Below are positions 57,601 through 64,000 of a DNA stretch of 64,000 bases, in pieces. The notes beneath the pieces are model-generated. The model saw only the letters and a list, made by a program, of their open reading frames with translations, was not told where the DNA came from and made no database searches. The first letter of the stretch is position 1. Every line of letters begins with the position of its first letter. The position numbers and the translations under genes were made by a program. Source of the stretch: an uncultured virus (IMG/VR IMGVR_UViG_3300046786_000613) (lineage: Duplodnaviria > Heunggongvirae > Uroviricota > Caudoviricetes); IMG/VR virus record IMGVR_UViG_3300046786_000613; one strand, given 5' to 3'.

Positions 57601-60384
57601 TTTTAAAGGTAACACCCATTTATTTGGTCTAATTACCGCTTTATCTTCTTCCTCACGGCTTGATTTATCAAATACACGATAAACATACTTCTGCAAAGAA
57701 ATAAGGTTTGTCCATCCAATGAATTTGTTTCTCTTAACAATTGTCAAGTCAGTTCTGAAGTCGTCTGAATATTCAATCTTGGCATAAGTATCAAAGAAAT
57801 CTTTCAAAATACCCATTTCTGCATCGTAAAGCATTTCGTAGTTCAAAAACGAAAGCATAGTGTAGATTTGTAATGGACTATTTGTGAATGGTGTTGCTGA
57901 AAGTAAAATGGTATTACCCATTTTGTTATAAAACTGAACATAACGAGTTAAAAACCAAAGTTTTTCGGCTCTTGATGAAGCCTCTTTTCCACCCGAAGTT
58001 TCACGGATTTTATTGTATGGATTAAATTCACGTTGAATGCGGATTTTACCTGTTTTTTTATCTGCTTTTCCTGCTTGAATTTTTTTAGGCTCTGAAACTA
58101 CTTTGGTAAATAAATTGTTGAAGTTATGTGCTTCATCAACTACAATCATATCAAAGTTTGTTGAATCTGAATTAATTATAATTGGCTCAACAAATTTTTT
58201 CTTTTTTTCACCAACTGCACCGCCTTCACCAAAACCTCCTAAATCGTCATCATCAGAAAAGTCTTCATTATTTGGTTCAATGTTCGCAGGTGGCTCATTA
58301 TTGTATTCATCTGATAAATCTTCATCAAACTCAATGCTTTCTTCGTTAAATAACCCTTTACTATGCGCTTTTACAAATCCTTCAACTATAGGCTCACTAC
58401 GAACATCACCGCCCATTTCCATAATTGAAACGGCTTCTTCTACCCAAGTGTAGTCAAGGTTTTCTTTTGAAAATTGAAATGATTCTGTTGCCTCGTATGT
58501 ACATAGGTTAATTCCATCTACCGCATTGTTTCCAAGTGTGTTGTAAATACCTGCACCATTATAAAACATATTCAAACGGCTATTATTTTTTGTAGGGTCA
58601 AATTCAGAACCTAACCCACGCAAAATTTCTTGACCAAACTGAAAGTAAACTTGATTTGGAACAATAACTAAAGGTCTTTTTGCAGTACCCAAGTCTAATG
58701 CTTGTTTCATCGCAAAAATTGAACAGAAAGTTTTTCCTAATCCTACTCCATAAGCCAATCCAACACTACCTCTCGTAAGGTAATAGCGTACCGCACGAAG
58801 ATTAGATTCTTTGAGAACAAAAAGATGTCGGTTATCTAAATACTTTTTGTATGTAAAACCAATAGGAACTTCGTCTAAAACAGGTTCAACGTAAGAATTA
58901 TAAATTGAGTTCCAAATGTATTCTACTTTCAATTGGTCTTCGGGTGTTAAACCTTCAGCCAAAAATTGTGAAAACAAACGCTCACCAACTTTTCTTGCAT
59001 CATCTTGAACCCTTGCCCATTTTTCCTCACCATTCTTTTCTTTGGTAAAAGGATTTGAAATAGGCTTTAAGTAATAATCTTTAAGTTCTGAAATGCCAAG
59101 AGTTGTATTTGACCATTGAATACCATATTCAGCAGATTGAATACCTCTACCTGCGTCTTTACACCACAAAATAAAACCTTCGTAAAGGCTAATTACTTTT
59201 TTATTGATGAAATTTAATCTTGCACTACCACCTTCTTCTCCAATTAAGTCCTCTACTCGCTCTCCTTTTTTGAAAGAAGTATAAACTTGGAAATTTTGTT
59301 CAATGGTTGCTTTATCTTTTGGTGAAACAATTGAATTGATTTTGATGTCCGATGATAAAGAAGAAATTGGAAGCAAACTTAAACGCATAGACTTGTCTTC
59401 TGAACGAACACTCAATCTATTTTTATTTGTTTGTTGCCAAATTGGCTCAAGTGTTGAAACGTGAAGGTCATAAATTGATTGACCAAATCGCTTGATTATT
59501 TCATCCTTTCTGTTTGTAAGACTTGCCCATTTTTTCCAAATGTTTCCACTCTTATAAATTACTTTTGGTTGAAGACGTTCTCCAATTGGTGAGGTTGGGT
59601 CAAAAAATAACGCACCTCTTTTCATTAATTCTAAAATGTCAACCGCTTGAGCAGGGTATGAAGACCCGTATTTTTCAGACCAATCTCCACCAAGTTTTTT
59701 TCTGTTTTTATTTTGAAGATAGATGAAGAAGGCTCTTTTATCAAATGAAGAAATTTTGCTATTGTAAAGTTCATCAACTTCATCAAATGTCCACATTGCG
59801 GATTCAATATCTTCATTCTTTTCTGCGGTTTTAAGTTCTGCCAATGCCAATTTTGATGCCTCAAGTTTTTCTTGAGCATTTTTTAGTTGGGAATCAGTTA
59901 AACTTTCAATATCAACAATAGGTGATGCTACGCTAACTTGAGGGTCATCACCATAAATTTGTGAATAATCGGGTGCTAACAATTCATCGAAATTCTCAAA
60001 ATTCGCAAACTCATTTGAGCCTTCATAGTCTTGCAAATCAATTTCTTGTTCATTCAAATATTTACTACCTGCATCTACTAATTCAAGTCTGAATTTGCTT
60101 TCATTTCCTTGTTTCAATGTAATTTTACCATTGTCAACTAAAAAAGCATTGGAAAAATCCCAAGAGGAATCTGCTCTACTTGATGCAAAAATATTCCATT
60201 CATCGTTTTTCTCAACGCCTTGAATTGTTATCGGTGAATCATAGAAATAATAATTGTAACCTCTATCATCTACCAACCAATCACCTCTTGTTTCATCGTT
60301 TGCATTCAAAAAAACAATTGGATAGCCAAGTCCTTCAAAAAACTCTGTTATATACTTTACGTTGGATTTATCAAATCTTGCCAT
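54610..60384 (-). CDS. DarB-like SNF2-family helicase
   Basis: YGVGLGKT, VVDEAHNF, LSATP, EGINLQ, QVEGRIWRQGN; 1924 aa. Confidence 0.85.
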   Translation of the reverse strand: MARFDKSNVKYITEFFEGLGYPIVFLNANDETRGDWLVDDRGYNYYFYDSPITIQGVEKNDEWNIFASSRADSSWDFSNAFLVDNGKITLKQGNESKFRLELVDAGSKYLNEQEIDLQDYEGSNEFANFENFDELLAPDYSQIYGDDPQVSVASPIVDIESLTDSQLKNAQEKLEASKLALAELKTAEKNEDIESAMWTFDEVDELYNSKISSFDKRAFFIYLQNKNRKKLGGDWSEKYGSSYPAQAVDILELMKRGALFFDPTSPIGERLQPKVIYKSGNIWKKWASLTNRKDEIIKRFGQSIYDLHVSTLEPIWQQTNKNRLSVRSEDKSMRLSLLPISSLSSDIKINSIVSPKDKATIEQNFQVYTSFKKGERVEDLIGEEGGSARLNFINKKVISLYEGFILWCKDAGRGIQSAEYGIQWSNTTLGISELKDYYLKPISNPFTKEKNGEEKWARVQDDARKVGERLFSQFLAEGLTPEDQLKVEYIWNSIYNSYVEPVLDEVPIGFTYKKYLDNRHLFVLKESNLRAVRYYLTRGSVGLAYGVGLGKTFCSIFAMKQALDLGTAKRPLVIVPNQVYFQFGQEILRGLGSEFDPTKNNSRLNMFYNGAGIYNTLGNNAVDGINLCTYEATESFQFSKENLDYTWVEEAVSIMEMGGDVRSEPIVEGFVKAHSKGLFNEESIEFDEDLSDEYNNEPPANIEPNNEDFSDDDDLGGFGEGGAVGEKKKKFVEPIIINSDSTNFDMIVVDEAHNFNNLFTKVVSEPKKIQAGKADKKTGKIRIQREFNPYNKIRETSGGKEASSRAEKLWFLTRYVQFYNKMGNTILLSATPFTNSPLQIYTMLSFLNYEMLYDAEMGILKDFFDTYAKIEYSDDFRTDLTIVKRNKFIGWTNLISLQKYVYRVFDKSSREEEDKAVIRPNKWVLPLKRQMIDGKIVEFAKENFISTTLRMSDIQLELWGKVRMYAQGELTYEELCNEASRNTTSYGKYVEKKPKSTQEGEEGSAEIDIEDADNLADGTKEGEKAKATAKALQCLMWGRQIALNPYLFKCSGFKQEPTGRMYVEQSPKLLYVMECIKAIKQYHANSEESPKMSGQVIYMNFGTKAFELLRDYLVEVVGFELDEIGIIRGDGNYIGKKRYDNKQRVADAFLGRVLNPETGKYTQLEDSKRVKVLIGSESIKEGINLQDYASALYNCFLDFNPTDMVQVEGRIWRQGNAFANVRIVTPLMADCIDIFMFQKLEDKTERINQIWTKNGNTNELDTTAFNPAELKYELLTDPQAIAKLEAEYRIDKIEEEKTKEGEILSSYLAIESIFKKSLEIKYMPLNDNIKEDFRFRMHYVISQIRPDLIDKPLLKQENYANFLNELYNTSESQYLTSRGFPKESMLEGNRNIYSLVSERFFSYFDRNSPYNLVFPNVSNPLWRMQFDKLFNYTPEELIQLMVKVMKEQKIGYPLGYSKNWRELIPAKTIPIVEGDEVEFDTKKGRKKGIAEVVTNSSGNNVLSSFYYHISYQYRNNNEDNRSIEEAVRRLKLSELEKPSFYDVGTDFDDFDEETKKQLAILLKDFYRENPNSIMSVANGNFKENMIPISIDVDELEELNIVNRNIVVVEKTTGEKKKVEPTKYPEPFVYSNKERNENIKDISEYIGTILYPKLESLGIENDYNRYVKYYVTANPSEIVPPQSTDEIYSLPQMLKTTINNFDALRYKTIEFNGLPDSWTALVDNWKNTERGGLFATYYRKFYNIDLPMTLAEFKATEEKKLQPLGINSYQDVENLINTQKTKINTLALEAKQFDDPQVMDELVQEVIRRIEALNSEEIRLGSSISARVSSFSTPNSDYLGNAMLSVFKNSDEEQLEKVQKKVKEQKQAEISPVEVAVEKSDEIQVISPTQRIIDELLELSEFESPREKKKTMRIIEDLRELMEFE

Positions 60385-60386
60385 AA

Positions 60387-60653
60387 TTAATCAGTCAAAT
60401 AGTTGGGGTTTAACAAATTTTCTTTCATCACCAATGCTTCGGAAATATCCATATTGGTATTGAAAAATGCTTGAATACAAAAATTCTCAATGTCTTTATA
60501 TCCTTCTTCAGTTTGTTTGTAAGCACACAAATATGGTGTTGCTTTCATATTGCAATACTCTAAATTTTCTTTAATGAGCATTTTAATTTCAATCAAGAGC
60601 AAATCTTTGCTCATTTTTTTCTCTTCTTTCATAGATTGGTTTTTATCTACCAC
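60387..60653 (-). CDS. Hypothetical protein
   Basis: Operonic ORF. Confidence 0.55.
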   Translation of the reverse strand: MVDKNQSMKEEKKMSKDLLLIEIKMLIKENLEYCNMKATPYLCAYKQTEEGYKDIENFCIQAFFNTNMDISEALVMKENLLNPNYLTD

Positions 60654-60925
60654 AATAATTTATCTGCATAGTAACCATCGCTACCTTTTACATTTCTATC
60701 TTTCGTGTGCCTTATTTTGTAAAGTCTTCTACGCTCATCAGCATATTTTTTTCCTTTGGTCTTAATGTATGTTGGGTAATCTGCATAACCTAAAGCACCA
60801 ACTGAAGCAACTTTTTCTCCATTTTTAAACACATCTATTTTCTTTCCTTTAACGGAACTTTTCTTTACGACTACGCCTAATTTTTTGGCTTGTTCCCTTG
60901 TGTATTTTGTAATTGAATAAGCCAT
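60647..60925 (-). CDS. Small basic protein (DUF5754-like)
   Basis: KKIDVFKNG...GALGYADY..Y...RRRLYKIRH...GYYADKLLW. Confidence 0.6.
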   Translation of the reverse strand: MAYSITKYTREQAKKLGVVVKKSSVKGKKIDVFKNGEKVASVGALGYADYPTYIKTKGKKYADERRRLYKIRHTKDRNVKGSDGYYADKLLW

Positions 60926-60928
60926 TGA

Positions 60929-62797
60929 TTAATATTTAGTCAAAGTGTAAATCAACGTATAATTTGCTTCAGATGTAATACCTTCTTTAACCACTAAAAA
61001 CTTTTTTGAATTGGTAAAAATCATCATTTGATTTTGTGCCATAGAACCTTGATTCACAGATATTGAATTTTGGAATTTTTGTAGTTTTTCCATAGTGCTA
61101 AACTCACAAACTCCTAAAGCAATTCCTTTCTTTTCAGTTTTATAAAGTAATTGACACAAATTATCTGTTAAAGGGTTTGATTGTGGGTAAACGTGAATGA
61201 TTGCATCCATTCTCTTCATTTCAAATTCATTGTAAAGAAAACGTCTTTTGCCACGATTAACTATTTCGGAAATTTCTTTTTCTATTTGAGCAAATTGATT
61301 TTTTTCATCAAAACTTACCATAATTGCACTTAAATAATTCGGTGCGTAAGACAAAATGTTTCCGACTCCAATATTGCTCAAATATAACTTTTCGATTCTG
61401 TTTGAAGTATTGTAATATTCAAATAGTAAACCATAAATTTTTTGAATAATTGATGGCGACAATTCGTTTGCAATATTGTTCCCTTTAAAAGTAGAAAGTT
61501 TATTGCTCAAAGATGAATCAACAGAAAATGTATCATCTATTTTGAGTAAAAGTTTTACAATTTTTTTATCGTGTTCACCTAAATTCAAAGATTGATATGG
61601 CTTAATTGCACCGCCATTTCCGTATTTTTCCTCATCAAAACCTACTATGTTTATGATTTCATTAGGAACAAGCATATAAGAACCTGTATTAGCAAATTCC
61701 AAAGCAGTTGCCGTTCCATCGTTCAACAAAAAAGTGAACTTGTACACTTTACCTTTTGGAAAAACCGATTCAGTAAGATACTTACCATCTTTTCTTCTGA
61801 TAATTCCATTGTAGTCTTCTGTAAATACAATATGTACTATTGCTCTTTGCTCACCTGTGTAGCCACCTACATTGTATTTTTTATTGCTTTTTCTATGGCT
61901 TTTTTGCTTTTGAAAATCTTCAATAGCATCAGATACCTTTTTGCTACTTTCCATTTTATCAAGTTCGATGTAGTAATTCTCATCTTCATCTAAATGGTCT
62001 TCAGCAATAGCCTTTGCAACTTCTTCATCGGAAACTCCTTCTTTCTTGAATTTTTCAATAGTGTCTTTGTGTTCCAATTCGTGTTCCGTTCCTTTTTTTA
62101 CTTGGTCTTTTTTCCACATTTGATACCAATCAAAGTCACGAACATCACCGCCACCTTCAAATTCTTCTTCTTCATCTAAACGATAAAAGTCAAGTTCAGA
62201 GGCATCGTATGTTTTTTCTGTGTCATCTGCGAACTTCAAATGAAATTTACGACCATAGTCTTTAATTATCAATCCCATTTTGTTTTCACTCTTCACACGA
62301 GCGGAATCACCAATTTCTGCTTTTGACCATTCGATATTTCCACCACCTTCGTAACTATCAGATAAAAACTCCTTGCGAAAATATCTACGCAATTCATCCA
62401 TACCTTTTAAACGATTTGAGTATTGAGCATCTTGAGTAGAATACACTCCTTTTTCAAATTCAACTACGTTACCATCATCCATCCATTCTTTGAAAGAAGA
62501 TTCTTGTTCTTCATCAAGAATTTTACCTCCTGTGGCATATTCGTATTTTTTTCCTGTGACATTATCACAATCAATTTGAACACCATTTCCGTTTGCTGAA
62601 TTTATCTCTGATGCGATTTCGCAAGTTGTCATTTTTTTTCCTTGAAACTCGAACTTTTTATCGGATGCCATATTGCGTTTGTTAATCACGCCTTCGCCTC
62701 CTTCTAATTCTACTTTTTGACCTGTAGATTTTACGACCATCGGAATACCGCCTTCTTTATGACTTTTTCCTTTAGTTATACCCCCTGTTGCAGACAT
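60929..62797 (-). CDS. Multidomain protein: GxSHxxGG module, DUF5661-like domain, degenerate MTase-like C-terminus
   Basis: GKSHKEGGIP..ELEGGE; KGTEHELEH...IAEDHLDEDENYY; LSNIGVGNILSYAP. Confidence 0.6.
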   Translation of the reverse strand: MSATGGITKGKSHKEGGIPMVVKSTGQKVELEGGEGVINKRNMASDKKFEFQGKKMTTCEIASEINSANGNGVQIDCDNVTGKKYEYATGGKILDEEQESSFKEWMDDGNVVEFEKGVYSTQDAQYSNRLKGMDELRRYFRKEFLSDSYEGGGNIEWSKAEIGDSARVKSENKMGLIIKDYGRKFHLKFADDTEKTYDASELDFYRLDEEEEFEGGGDVRDFDWYQMWKKDQVKKGTEHELEHKDTIEKFKKEGVSDEEVAKAIAEDHLDEDENYYIELDKMESSKKVSDAIEDFQKQKSHRKSNKKYNVGGYTGEQRAIVHIVFTEDYNGIIRRKDGKYLTESVFPKGKVYKFTFLLNDGTATALEFANTGSYMLVPNEIINIVGFDEEKYGNGGAIKPYQSLNLGEHDKKIVKLLLKIDDTFSVDSSLSNKLSTFKGNNIANELSPSIIQKIYGLLFEYYNTSNRIEKLYLSNIGVGNILSYAPNYLSAIMVSFDEKNQFAQIEKEISEIVNRGKRRFLYNEFEMKRMDAIIHVYPQSNPLTDNLCQLLYKTEKKGIALGVCEFSTMEKLQKFQNSISVNQGSMAQNQMMIFTNSKKFLVVKEGITSEANYTLIYTLTKY

Positions 62798-62830
62798 ATA
62801 TTTTTTATTTCGTTATAACTATGTAATTTA

Positions 62831-62838
62831 CAAATGTA
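62831..62838 (-). promoter_or_regulatory. Bacteroidota -7 element
   Basis: TACATTTG. Confidence 0.65.
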
Positions 62839-62878
62839 TGTAAATATATTGTACAATAAAACAAGTGTGTATTAAATG

Positions 62879-62912
62879 AAAAAAGCCACTTGTATTTTAA
62901 TACAAATGGCTC
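62879..62912 (-). terminator. Intrinsic terminator
   Basis: A6-GCCACTTGTA-loop-TACAAATGGC. Confidence 0.65.
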
Positions 62913-62963
62913 TTAAAAAACACAATGAAATTGGCTACAGAAATTCGTGCTATCAACTCTCTA

Positions 62964-63209
62964 TTATTTCAGTTGTGTTTGTATAAATTCATCCTTTTCG
63001 ATTAACTCGTTTGGTGTGACGTTTAATGCTACGCATAATTTCAGTAAAGTGTAAATTTCGTAATTTTTTTTCTTACCATTTACAATCATTGAAATTACGT
63101 CTTTTCCCAAATAAGAATTACACGAAGATTTTATTTTGTCATAGAGTTCACTTTGACTGATATTTCTCTTCTCAAGAATCAATTTTAATTTAGTTGGTTT
63201 ATCAGACAT
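62964..63209 (-). CDS. Cro/C1-type HTH regulator
   Basis: LKLILEKRNISQSEL...ISMIVNG...TLLKLCVALNVTPNELI. Confidence 0.85.
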   Translation of the reverse strand: MSDKPTKLKLILEKRNISQSELYDKIKSSCNSYLGKDVISMIVNGKKKNYEIYTLLKLCVALNVTPNELIEKDEFIQTQLK

Positions 63210-63214
63210 CGTGT

Positions 63215-63745
63215 TTATGGTTTTAATAGTTCTTCTAACTCATCTTCAGCAATTAAATCAGTAATCATTACATACGGGTTTGTTTGGTGTTCATACGCAA
63301 AGTCATTATATACAAATGCGTATTTTGGTAAACCAATTTCTTTCTGAATAAATGCAATACCATTTTCAGTAATACCATACCATCCTCTTTTGTAAATAAC
63401 TTCAGTTGGTGAAGTTGGCATTTGACAAATTAAATCCCAATACTTTAACTTGTGAAAATTACGGGTGATATTTCTGAAAGATTTTAAATACTGAAGAATT
63501 ACTCTTTTTGGGAAATAATCAGTTTGTTTTACATTTTCAGAATAACGATAGTGTTTATACATAAAAACAAGACAAATTGCCATATCCCTTGTAATTTCTT
63601 TTCGGGTATATTTTGCATCGTATGGTTTTGGTTGTCTTATGTATTTACCATCTCCCCTGTTAATTAATTCTTGTTGAATGTCTTTTAAATCATTAACGTC
63701 ATTAATTAATGCTCCACCTGCTCCTTGCTCTTGATTGTTACTCAT
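63215..63745 (-). CDS. Hypothetical (winged-helix-like) phage protein
   Basis: KLKYWDLI...GWYGITENGIAF. Confidence 0.55.
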   Translation of the reverse strand: MSNNQEQGAGGALINDVNDLKDIQQELINRGDGKYIRQPKPYDAKYTRKEITRDMAICLVFMYKHYRYSENVKQTDYFPKRVILQYLKSFRNITRNFHKLKYWDLICQMPTSPTEVIYKRGWYGITENGIAFIQKEIGLPKYAFVYNDFAYEHQTNPYVMITDLIAEDELEELLKP

Positions 63746-63783
63746 AACTATTATTTTTTTTTGGTTTGAAATTATTTAATGCA

Positions 63784-63791
63784 CAAATATA
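63784..63791 (-). promoter_or_regulatory. Bacteroidota -7 element
   Basis: TATATTTG. Confidence 0.65.
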
Positions 63792-63861
63792 GTGTTATTT
63801 TAAAATATAACAAGGAATATATTCTATAATAACATTCGAGTCTGATTCGAGTTTATATAAA

Positions 63862-63899
63862 AAAGAAAAGGGCAGTCAAATGACTACCCCCTCCTTTCT
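63862..63899 (-). terminator. Probable intrinsic terminator
   Basis: GGGCAGTCA-AA-TGACTACCC with A-rich flank. Confidence 0.5.
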
Positions 63900-64000
63900 A
63901 CGGAAACATCTTTAAACTTCTAAATCGCCAATCATAGATGAGGCTATTTTGTCTTTGAATTGTTTGGATGACAAAAATATACCATTTGTTTTGATTCCTG

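Noticed and set aside
1..64000. Stop-codon reassignment, tRNA or rRNA genes, integrase or IS elements
   Set aside because: Standard code gives dense, coupled ORFs; no cloverleaf, rRNA, recombinase or transposase motifs recognised by eye

Overview
This AT-rich window is part of a dsDNA virus genome. The host is almost certainly Bacteroidota: TAnnTTTG promoters precede most operons, leaders are A-rich without Shine-Dalgarno sequences, and a DUF4494-like gene is present. Layout: (1) 0.1-2.6 kb (+): a basic AT-hook protein and a 232-aa minimal family-B polymerase-like protein. (2) 2.7-8.7 kb (-): a cassette of tiny accessory genes. (3) 8.9-10.3 kb: a regulatory region with an origin-like segment and a candidate sRNA. 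(4) 10.3-16.3 kb (+): HTH regulators, an exonuclease and RecT. (5) 16.5-45.3 kb (-): a virion region with four peptidoglycan enzymes, more than 30 membrane-anchored proteins, a long collagen fibre, a HEXXH protease, a candidate ~190-aa beta-rich capsid protein with a membrane-anchored paralogue, and an A32/FtsK-type packaging ATPase. No terminase, portal, HK97 capsid or tail genes were recognised. (6) 45-50 kb: glycosylation genes and an Acb2/Tad1-like gene. (7) 51-63 kb: ArdA, a DarB-like SNF2 helicase and multidomain proteins punctuated by a recurrent [FYH]xxGGx[VIMT] motif. The best reading is an unusually large (>64 kb) tailless, internal-membrane virus with two peptide-tag systems: FxG/YSNA on structural proteins and aromatic-xx-GG on anti-defence cargo. 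All family calls come from reading motifs by eye; no searches were run.
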